Position numbers and translations under genes: made by a program. A stretch of 64,000 nt of DNA from an uncultured Prevotella sp. (lineage in GTDB: Bacteria > Bacteroidota > Bacteroidia > Bacteroidales > Bacteroidaceae): positions 1,853 to 65,852 of the forward strand of contig CALZJQ010000002.1 of NCBI GenBank assembly GCA_945787895.1. Direction: 5' to 3'. Shown here piece after piece: positions 38,040 to 48,113 of this stretch (position 1 is its first letter; every line of letters starts with the position of its first letter). Below the pieces are notes generated by a model. It was not told the DNA's origin. It saw nothing but the letters and a program-made list of their open reading frames with translations, and ran no database searches.

Positions 38040-39056
38040 TCAGTCGATTACTACACGTGTCCATCCATGCACGTCAGGCTCGATGCCATACTGGATGTTG
38101 CGCAGCTTGTTGAACAGTTTTTCTGACCAAGGTCCCGGTTTGTCGCCGAAGACGTACGACTTTCCCGTCTCTACATCGTCGATACGTGAGATAGGAGAGA
38201 TGACAGCCGCCGTACCGCATGCGCCTGCTTCCTCGAAGGTCTCCAGTTCTTCCTCTGGTATCTGACGGCGTTCCACCTTGAGCCCCATATCTTCTGCCAG
38301 TTGCATGAGCGACTTATTAGTGATGGACGGCAGGATAGACGTGGATTTCGGAGTAACGTAGGTATTGTTTTTGATACCGAAGAAATTGGCTGCTCCAGCT
38401 TCATCTATATACTTTTTCTCCTTTGCATCAAGGTAGAACTCGCAGGCATAGCCCAAATCGTGTGCCTTCTTGTTTGCGAGCAAGGAAGCCGCATAGTTGC
38501 CTCCCACCTTATATATACCCGTGCCAAGAGGCGCAGAGCGGTCATATTCACGCACGATGACGTATGGATTAGCAAAGAAACCACCTTTGAAATATGGTCC
38601 TACCGGCGTCACAAAGATAAGGAAAAGATATTCGTTGGCAGGATGTACGCCTACCTGTGCTCCCGTACCTATAAGCAACGGACGTACATAAAGCGTCGCT
38701 CCGCTCTCGTATGGCGGGATATACTCTTGATTTAGACGGACTACTTTGTCAACCATCTCGTTGAAAAGCTCGGTAGGAACCTCTGGCATGAGGATGCCGC
38801 GGCTCGTTGACTGCATGCGGGCTGCATTCTCATCCGTACGGAAGACTCGAACCTTTCCGTCAGGACAACGGTAAGCCTTCAGTCCCTCGAAAGCCTCCTG
38901 ACCGTAATGAAGACACGTTGCGGCCATGTGCATGTTGATGTATTCTCCGGAGCAAACTTCTATTTCGCCCCATTTGCCGTCACGGTAGTAACAGCGCACG
39001 TTGTAATCTGTCGGTCTGTAACCGAAGCCAAGATTAGACCAGTCTAAATCTTTCAT
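38040..39056 (-). CDS. ilvE: Branched-chain amino acid aminotransferase
   Basis: LHYGQEAFEGLKAY, YVRP, YKVGGNYA, ILPSIT, GTAAVISP; start MKDLDW. Confidence 0.95.
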   Translation of the reverse strand: MKDLDWSNLGFGYRPTDYNVRCYYRDGKWGEIEVCSGEYINMHMAATCLHYGQEAFEGLKAYRCPDGKVRVFRTDENAARMQSTSRGILMPEVPTELFNEMVDKVVRLNQEYIPPYESGATLYVRPLLIGTGAQVGVHPANEYLFLIFVTPVGPYFKGGFFANPYVIVREYDRSAPLGTGIYKVGGNYAASLLANKKAHDLGYACEFYLDAKEKKYIDEAGAANFFGIKNNTYVTPKSTSILPSITNKSLMQLAEDMGLKVERRQIPEEELETFEEAGACGTAAVISPISRIDDVETGKSYVFGDKPGPWSEKLFNKLRNIQYGIEPDVHGWTRVVID

Positions 39057-39079
39057 ACTGTAACGAGTTTTAATTCTAC

Positions 39080-39228
39080 TTTCGCAAGTCTGTGACTTGG
39101 CCAGTTTCATACGGTTGTGGGGTTTTAAGGTTGTGCGGTTGTGCGGAAGTTACAATAAGCCTGGGCAAATCTCCGAATAACCTTAAAACCATAAAACCTT
39201 AGAACCAGACAAGTTGAACCTTGCGAAA
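39080..39228. repeat. Family B element nested in an outer TTTCGCAAG…CTTGCGAAA inverted repeat
   Basis: Direct homolog at 41057-41212. Confidence 0.8.
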
Positions 39229-39314
39229 CTTGAGTCTTTTTAATTTCAAAACGTAAAATTGGTGCAAAAGTAATAAGAATTATGCAAATCTGCAAGAACT
39301 GCGTGACTTTTTTC

Positions 39315-39506
39315 TCACTTATTCTCCAGTATCTTGTTGATTTCCTCTTCCGTCTTGGTCAATTTGTCCTTACAGAGAGTTATCAGCTGCTGCGCCTTTT
39401 TCAACGTTTCGCCCATCTTGTCTATGTCAAGCTCACCGCTTTCCATCTGGGTGACAATTTTCTCAAGTTCTGACACTGCTTCTTCGTAGTTTATATTTTT
39501 CTTCAT
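39315..39506 (-). CDS. xseB: Exodeoxyribonuclease VII small subunit
   Basis: YEEAVSELEKIVTQMESGELDID…CKDKL; directly downstream of xseA. Confidence 0.92.
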   Translation of the reverse strand: MKKNINYEEAVSELEKIVTQMESGELDIDKMGETLKKAQQLITLCKDKLTKTEEEINKILENK

Positions 39507-39533
39507 AGTCTATTTTGTTTGTTGTTTGGTTGT

Positions 39534-39560
39534 GTGTTCTTCGACCTGGTCGAAGAATAC
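39534..39560. repeat. REP-like 27-bp palindrome
   Basis: GTGTTCTTCGACC-T-GGTCGAAGAATAC, 3 nt after the xseA stop. Confidence 0.8.
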
Positions 39561-39563
39561 CTG

Positions 39564-40901
39564 TTATTTGTTGCCTTGTCGCTTGGCTGCCTTTTCTCTT
39601 TTCGCACCATCCTTTTCCACCTTAGCCGGCAATTTTCCTTCTGCCAACACTATCTCAAGCATATCTCCGTGACTTACCTGAGACGGGCTCGTCACCGCCT
39701 TGCCATCATGGAGTGCTATGCCGTAACCTCTCCGCAGGATATGTATCGGGTTGACTGCCTCTGTGCGTTTCTCAAGCAGGTCAATACGGTGTCCCTCCCT
39801 CTCCAATCTGCCGGACAAGATAAACGGAAGACGAATGATTGCCGACTCTATCCTGCCATTCTCCCATTGCAACCGCCTTGTCACCACGCTCTGAAGCCGC
39901 AGAGCCAATGCTGAAATATGCGTGTCCTCATTCGCCTTACGCTTGTAGAAGAGGGTCGGCAAGATAGCCTGTAATGATGCCAGACGCATTTTCTCTTTGC
40001 TTATCCGTTCTGTTATTGTATCGACAAGACGACTTTCCATATCGGCTATCGCGTCGTACGTTGTCAGCAGATTGTTTATCAAGTAGTCTGCCGCCGCAGT
40101 AGGGGTCTTCACCCTTACGCAGGAAATCATATCCAGGACCGACTCGTCCCTGTCGTGACCTATCCCTGTGATTATCGGCAAGGGGAAGTTTGCCACATTC
40201 TCTGCCAGCGCCAAAGTGTCGAAACCGCTCAAGTCAGACGTAGAGCCTCCACCACGAATGATTACCACGACGTCAAAATCTTCTGTCCGTTCATTGATTC
40301 GGTCCAATGCAGCAATGACGCTCTGCTCCACCTGCTCTCCCTGCATGACGGCAGGGAAAAGGATTGTCTTGAATGCAAAGCCATAGTCATTAGCTGCCAA
40401 TTGGTCACAGAAGTCACCATATCCCGCCGCCGTCTCACTGGAAACAACTGCTATTCTCTGTGCGAACATCGGGATTACAAGCGATTTGTTCAAATCAAAC
40501 ACGCCCTCTTTCCTTAGCGTTTCGATAATCTCCTGACGCCGGCGCATCATGTCTCCTATCGTGTATGTTGCATCAATGTTTATAATGTTCCACGAGAATC
40601 CGTATGCCTCATGAAAACTTGCTTTCACCTGAAGCAACACTTTCATGCCGGCATGTAGCTGCTGACCCGTAGTGCGCTCAAACCGGGGACGTAATGTCAG
40701 CCAGACATTTCGCCAACAGTTGGCACGTGCCTTGGCGACGGGAGTATTGCTGTATTCATCCTTCTGCACGAGTTCCATGTAGCAATGCCCGTTGCTCTCA
40801 TGACAATCAAGCAGTTCTGCCTCCACCCAATAGCCTTCAGGCATTGAGTACTCTATGGTCTGGCGAACGAGATTATTTAGTTGAAGGAGTGTCAGGTGCA
40901 T
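39564..40901 (-). CDS. xseA: Exodeoxyribonuclease VII large subunit
   Basis: WVEAE…GHCY, AAGYGDF, IIRGGGS, TGIGHDRD, KTPTAAA, ILRRGY; start MHLTL. Confidence 0.95.
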   Translation of the reverse strand: MHLTLLQLNNLVRQTIEYSMPEGYWVEAELLDCHESNGHCYMELVQKDEYSNTPVAKARANCWRNVWLTLRPRFERTTGQQLHAGMKVLLQVKASFHEAYGFSWNIINIDATYTIGDMMRRRQEIIETLRKEGVFDLNKSLVIPMFAQRIAVVSSETAAGYGDFCDQLAANDYGFAFKTILFPAVMQGEQVEQSVIAALDRINERTEDFDVVVIIRGGGSTSDLSGFDTLALAENVANFPLPIITGIGHDRDESVLDMISCVRVKTPTAAADYLINNLLTTYDAIADMESRLVDTITERISKEKMRLASLQAILPTLFYKRKANEDTHISALALRLQSVVTRRLQWENGRIESAIIRLPFILSGRLEREGHRIDLLEKRTEAVNPIHILRRGYGIALHDGKAVTSPSQVSHGDMLEIVLAEGKLPAKVEKDGAKREKAAKRQGNK

Positions 40902-40953
40902 GGTTGCTTGGTTGTTTTGTTGCTTGGTTGTTTGGTTGTCTTGTAGTTCCTGC

Positions 40954-41031
40954 AAAGTTAAGGGAAAACTTGCATTCGGCAAAACAAATTGTAAAGATAA
41001 TTTTGAAAACAGACAAAAAAAGCGTAACTTT
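40954..41031. promoter_or_regulatory. Divergent Bacteroidota promoters for xseA and the MATE operon
   Basis: TAACTTTG on the minus strand (40954-40961) and on the plus strand (41024-41031). Confidence 0.7.
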
Positions 41032-41056
41032 GCACTCTGTATATATATAATTCAAC

Positions 41057-41212
41057 TTTTGCAAGTATGTGACTTGCTCAGTTTTCATACGGTTATGAGG
41101 TTTTATGGTTATGCGGTTGTGCGGAGGTTACAATCAGCCTTGGCATATCTCCGAAAAACCTTAAAACCGTAAAACCACAAAACCGAAAAAAAAGAAGTTG
41201 AAGCCTGCGAAA
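41057..41212. repeat. Family B element nested in the outer inverted repeat (copy 2)
   Basis: TTTTGCAAGTATGTGACTT…core GCGGAGGTTACAATCAGCCTTGGCATATCTCCG…AAGTTGAAGCCTGCGAAA. Confidence 0.8.
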
Positions 41213-41241
41213 CTAAAATATATACAATAAGGTGAAAAAAA

Positions 41242-42612
41242 ATGGATAATAGACAAGCCACACTCGAGCTGGGCACGAAGCCTGTAGGACGACTGCTGAT
41301 GCAATATGCTTTGCCGGCTATCGTTGCTATGGTTGCGTCCTCACTCTACAACATGGTGGACAGCATCTTCATCGGTCAAGGCGTTGGCCCGCTCGCAATT
41401 TCAGGATTAGCCATCACATTCCCGTTCATGAATCTGTCTGCCGCCTTCGGTGCCGCCATCGGCATAGGTTCATGCACATTCATCAGCGTCAAGCTGGGTC
41501 AGCGCGACTATGACATCGCCAACAAAGTGCTTGGCAACAATGTCATGCTCAATATCATCGTAGGCATTCTCTTTGGAGGCCTGTGTCTCTTGTTCCTCGA
41601 CCCTATACTTCGGTTTTTCGGGGCTTCGGAAAACACCCTGCCTTACGCAAGGGAATACATGCAGATTATACTCATTGGCAATGCCGTCACCCACCTGTAC
41701 TTCGGACTGAATGCAGTGCTGCGTTCCGCAAGCAAGCCACGGCAGGCTATGTACACTACGATATTCACTGTCGTTCTCAACGCGATTCTTGACCCGCTGT
41801 TTATCTACACCTTCGAGTTGGGCATACGCGGAGCTGCCTATGCCACCATATTGTCGCAGTTTGTTGCGCTCTGCTGGCAGTGGAAGATGTTCTCCAACCC
41901 CAACGAACTGTTGCATTTTGACTATTCCCTCTTCCATGTCAATGCGCCAATCGTGAAGAATATCATAGGAATAGGAATGTCGCCCTTTGCCATGAACTCT
42001 TGCGCCTGCCTCGTGGTAATATTCATCAACAACAGCCTGATGAACTACGGAGGCGACCTTGCAGTAGGTGCTTACGGCATAGCCAACCGCATTGCCTTCG
42101 TATTCGTAATGATTACCATGGGCATCAATCAGGGTATGCAGCCTATTGCCGGCTACAATTATGGCGCACAGAACTACGGCCGCCTGCTTCGGGTCCTTAA
42201 ACTATCCACAATCGTGGCCACTGTCGTATGCACTATAGGTTTCCTCATTGCGATGGTCTTTCCCTCCTCCTGTGCACGACTGTTCACTACCGACCAGACT
42301 CTCGTGGATATTTCTGCGAAAGCCATCCGCATAATGATGATGATGTTCCCCATCATTGGATACCAGATCGTGGTAACCAATTTCTTCCAAAGCATCGGCA
42401 AGGCAAAGATCAGTATGTTCCTGTCCCTTTCCCGCCAACTGCTTTTCCTCGTTCCTGCGCTTGCCGGCTTCTCTGCCATCTGGGGGCTCAACGGCGTATG
42501 GGCCGCCATGCCTTTCTCGGACGCCCTCGCTTCCGTCGTGGCTGCAGGACTGATGATGATTTACATAAAACGCTTCAAAGAATTAGAAAGGAGGCAGATG
42601 AATAATGAATGA
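41242..42612 (+). CDS. MATE family efflux transporter (MepA-like)
   Basis: LYNMVDSIFIG, NAILDPLFI…GIRGAAYAT, GMQPIAGYNYGA; about 12 TM helices. Confidence 0.93.
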   Translation: MDNRQATLELGTKPVGRLLMQYALPAIVAMVASSLYNMVDSIFIGQGVGPLAISGLAITFPFMNLSAAFGAAIGIGSCTFISVKLGQRDYDIANKVLGNNVMLNIIVGILFGGLCLLFLDPILRFFGASENTLPYAREYMQIILIGNAVTHLYFGLNAVLRSASKPRQAMYTTIFTVVLNAILDPLFIYTFELGIRGAAYATILSQFVALCWQWKMFSNPNELLHFDYSLFHVNAPIVKNIIGIGMSPFAMNSCACLVVIFINNSLMNYGGDLAVGAYGIANRIAFVFVMITMGINQGMQPIAGYNYGAQNYGRLLRVLKLSTIVATVVCTIGFLIAMVFPSSCARLFTTDQTLVDISAKAIRIMMMMFPIIGYQIVVTNFFQSIGKAKISMFLSLSRQLLFLVPALAGFSAIWGLNGVWAAMPFSDALASVVAAGLMMIYIKRFKELERRQMNNE

Positions 42613-43228
42613 GCACCTGATTATAAACATCGGACGCCAACTCGGCTCCGGAGGCTTCGATATTGCACGGCTTCTTGCCGCTGAGTTCAGTGCCCGTCTG
42701 CTTGATAAGGAACTGCTTGATTTGGCTGCAAAGGAGAGTGGCTTCTCGCAAAAACTCTTCAAGTCATCTGACGAGCACCGAAGTTTCATCCATCATTTCT
42801 TCCCTACCCGGCTTTTCTCTTCGCCATGCGACTCTTTCTATGAGAATAAGATTTCGCCCGAATCACTGTTCAAGTTCCAGAGCGAAGCCATAAGAAAGGC
42901 AGCAGAAGAGGGGGCTTGTGTCATAGTGGGAAGATGCGGTGACTACATACTTCGAGATTTTCCAAACGTAGTCAACATCTTCATTACTGCAGATGAAGCT
43001 CAGCGCATAGCACGAATATCCAAGACAAAAATGTGCGATAGCAACACCGCACGCCGACTAATTGAAAAGAAAGAAGCTGAACGCTCCCGATATTACAACT
43101 ATTACACAGGCAAGACATGGGGTGAAGCAAAGAGCTACGACATCTGTATCAACTCCTCTATTCTCGGCATTGAGAATACCGCCACATTCCTTGCCGATTA
43201 TATCCGTATGGTGACGAAGCAAAGATAA
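42605..43228 (+). CDS. Cytidylate kinase-like family protein
   Basis: [38 protein letters not shown]…YDICINSS. Confidence 0.88.
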   Translation: MNEHLIINIGRQLGSGGFDIARLLAAEFSARLLDKELLDLAAKESGFSQKLFKSSDEHRSFIHHFFPTRLFSSPCDSFYENKISPESLFKFQSEAIRKAAEEGACVIVGRCGDYILRDFPNVVNIFITADEAQRIARISKTKMCDSNTARRLIEKKEAERSRYYNYYTGKTWGEAKSYDICINSSILGIENTATFLADYIRMVTKQR

Positions 43229-43319
43229 GGTGAAGGCTTACTGCTCCGCCCCGTCAACTATTATATTACTCGGATTTCATTTCCACATACATTTTCACAC
43301 ACATATACATATAAAAAAA

Positions 43320-44498
43320 ATGAAAAAGATTCTTCTTTTGGGTTCTGGAGAACTCGGCAAGGAATTTGTCATCGCAGCTAAGCGCAAAGGCATTTATGTC
43401 GTAGCGTGCGACAAGTATGATAATGCTCCTGCCATGCAGGTGGCTGACGAGCGTGAGGTCTTCTCTATGCTTGACGGCGATGCCCTGACAGCTGTGGTCA
43501 ACAAGCACAAGCCCGACATCATCGTACCTGAGATTGAGGCAATCCGCACAGAACGCCTTTTTGAGTTTGAGAAACAGGGTATTCAAGTCGTACCTTCCGC
43601 ACGTGCCGTCAACTATACGATGAACCGACAGGCTATTCGTGACCTTGCAGCCAAGGAACTCGGACTGCGTACTGCAAAATATTTCTATGCCAAGACCTAT
43701 GAAGAACTCGTAGAAGCAAGCAAAGAGATAGGTTTCCCATGCGTCATTAAGCCCCTTATGTCTTCCTCCGGTCACGGACAGAGTACAGTGAAGAGGTTTG
43801 AAGACCTGAAGCCTGCTTTCGATGCAGCTATGGAAGGCGCACGCGGCGACGTAAAGGAAGTAATCATCGAAGAGTTCATTCATTTCACCTCTGAGTTTAC
43901 CCTACTTACCGTTACCCAAAAGAATGGTCCTACACTCTTCTGCCCTCCTATCGGTCATGTGCAGGCAGGTGGTGACTACCGCGAGTCATGGCAACCTTAT
44001 CAGATTTCCGAGAAAGACCTCAAGGAGGCTGAGCACATGGCTGCCAAGGTGACAGAGTCGCTCACGGGATATGGCATCTGGGGCGTAGAATTCTTCCTCA
44101 CGGAAACAGGCGTCGTATTCTCCGAACTCTCTCCTCGACCTCATGATACAGGAATGCTGACATTGGGACACACCACCAACCTGTCCGAGTTCGAACTTCA
44201 TCTTCGTGCCGTCCTCGGACTGCCTATCCACGACATTCGTCTTGAGCACGCCGGCTGTTCTGCAGTAATCCTTGCCGACAAGGACTATGACAAAGCTCCG
44301 GAATACAACCTCATAGATGCCCTCAAGGAGGAATGCACGCGTGTACGCATCTTTGGAAAACCAGAAGCCCATTTCGGCCGTCGCATGGGCGTAATGCTCT
44401 GCTATGGAGAGAAAGATGCCGACCTCAACGCTCTGCGTAACAAAGCAAAACGTCTTGCCAAGACCGTTCTTGGCACTGACCCATATATGGAGAAATAG
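43320..44498 (+). CDS. purT: Formate-dependent phosphoribosylglycinamide formyltransferase
   Basis: [55 protein letters not shown]. Confidence 0.96.
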   Translation: MKKILLLGSGELGKEFVIAAKRKGIYVVACDKYDNAPAMQVADEREVFSMLDGDALTAVVNKHKPDIIVPEIEAIRTERLFEFEKQGIQVVPSARAVNYTMNRQAIRDLAAKELGLRTAKYFYAKTYEELVEASKEIGFPCVIKPLMSSSGHGQSTVKRFEDLKPAFDAAMEGARGDVKEVIIEEFIHFTSEFTLLTVTQKNGPTLFCPPIGHVQAGGDYRESWQPYQISEKDLKEAEHMAAKVTESLTGYGIWGVEFFLTETGVVFSELSPRPHDTGMLTLGHTTNLSEFELHLRAVLGLPIHDIRLEHAGCSAVILADKDYDKAPEYNLIDALKEECTRVRIFGKPEAHFGRRMGVMLCYGEKDADLNALRNKAKRLAKTVLGTDPYMEK

Positions 44499-44509
44499 AC
44501 TTTTCCACG

Positions 44510-45457
44510 ATGATATTGCAACGATATACAGCAGACATGAAGCATTCCTGGGATGAGTTTGTAGCCCGTTCCAGGAATGCTACGTTCATCCATTATCGTG
44601 CATACATGGACTATCACAGCGACAGATTCCACGACCATTCTATCCTTTTCTTTGATGACAGAAAAAAGATAAAGGCTCTGCTACCCGCCAACGACAATGG
44701 GAACACCCTGTACAGCCATCAGGGACTGACTTACGGCGGACTGCTCCTTGACTGGAAGACTACCGCCAATGACGTGATAGAGATATTCCGTCTGCTGTAC
44801 GAATATGGCAGGGGAGCCGGCTTTAAGAAAATCATCTACAAACCAGTGCCATGGCATTATCACCTCTACCCCTCAGAAGAGGATTTATATGCCATGTTCT
44901 ACTCCTCACACCCTGCTCTCCATGCAAGAAACATTGCCTCTGTCATCAATCTGAAAACCCCTCTCAAATGGAGTCAGAACCGAAGGCTGGGAGCCAACAG
45001 AGCTGAAAGAAATGGTGTTTACATCAAAGAGTCAGACGACATAACCGCCTTTTGGAAAATACTTGAAGAAAACCTCAGAGAAAGATATGATGCATCTCCC
45101 GTACATTCTCTTGAGGAGATTACATTGCTCAGAAAATCTTTCCCAAGCAACATACGTCTGTTCCTTGCCTATGATGCCAATCACTGCGCACAAGCTGGAA
45201 CAATAATATACGACACTGGGCAAGTGGCAAAGACACAATATATATCATCTACGGCAGAAGGAAAGAATATTCATGCCGTTGACCTACTCTTCCGTCACGT
45301 CATCACACTATTTTCCAGCACTCACAGATACTTTGATTTCGGTACATCCAATGAGCAAGGCGGCGAATATCTTAACAAGACTCTCATCCATCAAAAAGAA
45401 GGCTTCGGAGGTAGAGGCATAGTATATGACAGTTGGGAAATATCCCTCACGCAATAA
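44510..45457 (+). CDS. GNAT/FemAB-like acyltransferase
   Basis: YMDYHSDRFHDHS, SHQGLTYGG, PVHSLEEI, YFDFGTSNE…KEGFGGRG. Confidence 0.82.
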   Translation: MILQRYTADMKHSWDEFVARSRNATFIHYRAYMDYHSDRFHDHSILFFDDRKKIKALLPANDNGNTLYSHQGLTYGGLLLDWKTTANDVIEIFRLLYEYGRGAGFKKIIYKPVPWHYHLYPSEEDLYAMFYSSHPALHARNIASVINLKTPLKWSQNRRLGANRAERNGVYIKESDDITAFWKILEENLRERYDASPVHSLEEITLLRKSFPSNIRLFLAYDANHCAQAGTIIYDTGQVAKTQYISSTAEGKNIHAVDLLFRHVITLFSSTHRYFDFGTSNEQGGEYLNKTLIHQKEGFGGRGIVYDSWEISLTQ

Positions 45458-45523
45458 CTGAACAAGGAATGGTACACTTCGACCAGGACGAAGTGCACAA
45501 ACACAGAAAGAAAAAAACAGACA

Positions 45524-46576
45524 ATGACCGACAAAGGAATAATAAAAGGCATCCTGCTAATCTCACTAATGAGCATAGCAGCATGGTTATCAGCCTCCCT
45601 GCCCGCAATAAAAGCCCTATCACTCAGTTCCCTCATCATGGGCATAGTGATTGGTATGGTATTCGCCAACACCCTCAGAAGCAAAGTTCCTGCCGAATGG
45701 GAACCGGGACTGAAGTTCTGCAGCAAGAGGATGCTCCGCACGGGTATCATTCTATATGGCTTCCGCCTGACATTTCAAGATGTCATTGCCATAGGCGTTT
45801 CCGCACTTGTGATTGATGTCATAATCGTAACATTCACCATATTCCTCGGCTACTGGATAGGGAAATGGATAGGACTTGACCGTGACAGCACACTGCTCAC
45901 ATCTACTGGCAGTGCCATCTGTGGTGCAGCCGCTGTCCTCGGAGCAGAGCCTATCGTTAAGGCAGAACCCCACAAGACTGCTGTCGCTGTAAGCACCGTA
46001 GTAATCTTCGGCACACTGTCCATGTTCCTCTACCCTATCGCCTACCGTGCAGGTCTCCTTTCTGACCTCAGCATCCAGCAGATAGGTATCTATACCGGCT
46101 CTACTCTCCATGAAGTGGCTCACGTCGTAGGAGCTGGCAATGCCATAGGTTCCGTCGAAGGATATACCGCAGTAGCATCCTCATCACTCATTGTCAAGAT
46201 GGTACGTGTGATAATGCTCGTCCCCGTTCTCCTTATCATGAGTTGGTGGTTGTCACGCAGTGGTAACACTGAGAGTGACAAGAAAAAAATTAGCGTGCCA
46301 TGGTTTGCCTTTATCTTCCTCCTTATGATTGGACTCAACAGTCTCCTCCACGCATATTGCGATAATCAGGCATGGCTTGCCCCCACACTCAAAGCCATTG
46401 AAGTAATCTCCACATTCATGCTCACCATGGCAATGACAGCACTCGGAGCAGACACGAGCATCGCAAAGTTCAGGCAGGCAGGAGCAAAGCCTTTCTATCT
46501 CGCAGGCATCATATACCTATGGCTCATCTTTGGTGGCTACCTGCTTGCCAGATACCTCGTTCCCATCCTTGGCTGA
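45524..46576 (+). CDS. YeiH / putative sulfate exporter family membrane protein
   Basis: LRTGIILYGF, GSAICGAAA, GSTLHEVAHVV, VKMVRV, VPWF. Confidence 0.9.
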   Translation: MTDKGIIKGILLISLMSIAAWLSASLPAIKALSLSSLIMGIVIGMVFANTLRSKVPAEWEPGLKFCSKRMLRTGIILYGFRLTFQDVIAIGVSALVIDVIIVTFTIFLGYWIGKWIGLDRDSTLLTSTGSAICGAAAVLGAEPIVKAEPHKTAVAVSTVVIFGTLSMFLYPIAYRAGLLSDLSIQQIGIYTGSTLHEVAHVVGAGNAIGSVEGYTAVASSSLIVKMVRVIMLVPVLLIMSWWLSRSGNTESDKKKISVPWFAFIFLLMIGLNSLLHAYCDNQAWLAPTLKAIEVISTFMLTMAMTALGADTSIAKFRQAGAKPFYLAGIIYLWLIFGGYLLARYLVPILG

Positions 46577-46579
46577 CGT

Positions 46580-46739
46580 TCCCACAGATTCTGCAGATGC
46601 TCACAGATAATTATAATAGCAAAAATCCGTGTCAATCTGTGCAATCCGTGGGACGTGACTTCTCACGCAGATAATGCAGTTGCCGCAGATAATGTAATGG
46701 GGATGAAGAATATGCCTAATCTGCGTCATCTGCGTGACA
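46580..46739. repeat. Two tandem family D nonamer-armed hairpin units
   Basis: CACAGAT/CGCAGAT left arms and ATCTGTG/ATCTGCG right arms; reverse-oriented homologs of the units at 62173-62399. Confidence 0.8.
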
Positions 46740-46755
46740 AAAAAGTCCCCCAAAA

Positions 46756-46787
46756 CTTGCAAGACTCAAAAATTATCCGTACCTTTG
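46756..46787 (+). promoter_or_regulatory. Bacteroidota promoter for tRNA-Ser
   Basis: CTTG(-33)…TACCTTTG(-7). Confidence 0.75.
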
Positions 46788-46815
46788 CATCCGCATTCCA
46801 AAAGTGGAGGCAAAA

Positions 46816-46903
46816 GGAGAGATGCTCGAGTGGCTTAAGAGGCACGCCTGGAAAGCGTGTATACGTCAAAAGCGTATCGGGGGTTCGAATCCCCCTCTCT
46901 CCG
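46816..46903 (+). tRNA. tRNA-Ser (GGA)
   Basis: GGAGAGA/TCTCTCC acceptor stem, CACGC-CTGGAAA-GCGTG anticodon arm, long variable arm, GGGGG-TTCGAAT-CCCCC T arm. Confidence 0.96.
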
Positions 46904-46915
46904 CAAAGCGAAAAA

Positions 46916-46972
46916 TATGACAATAAAAAAATCCTGCAAGCGAAATGCTTGCAGGATTTTTTTATTGTCATA
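46916..46972. terminator. Bidirectional terminator between tRNA-Ser and the polysaccharide locus
   Basis: Perfect 26-bp inverted repeat including A7/T7, 5-nt loop; overlaps the GT4 stop codon. Confidence 0.9.
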
Positions 46973-48113
46973 GTAACGATTGATACAAAGAATTAAGCTC
47001 GCTTACGTAAGCTACAGGAGAGAACTGGTTACATATAGTCACACGGGCATTCTTGCCTAACTGACAAACCAATCTCCTGTGATTAGACAAAAAACTGACT
47101 GATTCCACGATACTGTCCACATCTTTCTCCCTGAGGAATATGCCATTCGCATCTATCCCGCCGCAAGACGTTTTATCGAAATCTACTGTATCAGTTCCTG
47201 AGTTTATCTCATATTCCCTTATCACCCTGGGTATGCTGCCGACAGGAGTGACAAGCGGCATTACACCATAACTCATGCTCTCAAGCAACGACATTGGCAA
47301 TCCCTCAAAATAGGTAGGCATTATGAATACATCCAAATGTCGGAAGAAATCATCCTTTGCCTTGCCAGACACCAACCCAACATAATGGAAACTCTCACCG
47401 AGAGCATCCTCAAAGGCTGGAAGATACTCCCCTTCTCTTTTTTCCTGACCTGCGAAGTATAACTCAAAAGGCAAGCCTTCATCCCTCAGTCTCCTACAAG
47501 CTGACAGAAGTTCTGTCATACCTTTATTCGGTTCAATACGCCCAAGGTAACCTAAACGTATCGGGCGATTGTTAATATCTGAGGTCTCGATTTTCTCCGA
47601 CAAAGGCGGGATATTGACGCAGTTGGGAAGTACAAAGACTTTTTTTACTCCATACCTTTCCTGAAGTATTTCCTTTTCCGACTCACTAAGCACCACAAAG
47701 GGCACATTCCAGGCAAATACCCTCCGCAATATCCATCGTATTGGGAAAGGTGTAGTCTTTGCAGTAAGAAAGTATCCTCCATGTAAATGCACCATCATCT
47801 TCATTCCACGAGATAAAGCATAACGCATGAAAAAAGGATCACGCAGTATGGATGGCGTACTAAGTGGAAAAGAATAGTGTATCAGCGTGCTCTCTGTGTC
47901 AGTATTCCCTAACCATTTCTTCCATTTTTTGTAACAACGCCACACTCTGGTGATATTACCAATTCCTCTCTTCTCCTTATCTTTCTTACCAAGTTCAAAG
48001 TGGACATACTCCACTTCCTTATTGTTCTCTATGATAAACTGTACGACACTCGACACACCGCTCACGTTTATCTCTGGATCAAGTGACGGGGCTGTAATAA
48101 TTACCTTGTTCAT
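46968..48113 (-). CDS. Glycosyltransferase family 4
   Basis: YLGRIEPNKG, PTYFEGLPMSLLESMSYG, TPVGSI. Confidence 0.9.
   Translation of the reverse strand: MNKVIITAPSLDPEINVSGVSSVVQFIIENNKEVEYVHFELGKKDKEKRGIGNITRVWRCYKKWKKWLGNTDTESTLIHYSFPLSTPSILRDPFFMRYALSRGMKMMVHLHGGYFLTAKTTPFPIRWILRRVFAWNVPFVVLSESEKEILQERYGVKKVFVLPNCVNIPPLSEKIETSDINNRPIRLGYLGRIEPNKGMTELLSACRRLRDEGLPFELYFAGQEKREGEYLPAFEDALGESFHYVGLVSGKAKDDFFRHLDVFIMPTYFEGLPMSLLESMSYGVMPLVTPVGSIPRVIREYEINSGTDTVDFDKTSCGGIDANGIFLREKDVDSIVESVSFLSNHRRLVCQLGKNARVTICNQFSPVAYVSELNSLYQSLL

Noticed and set aside
43230-43319. His-rich extension ([11 protein letters not shown]) or ZTP riboswitch upstream of purT
   Set aside because: Low-complexity CACATA repeats; no ZTP riboswitch consensus recognised; PurT homology starts at MKKILLLG.
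46816-46972. tRNA-Ser as an integration site for a prophage or ICE
   Set aside because: No integrase and no duplicated tRNA 3' end were found in the window.
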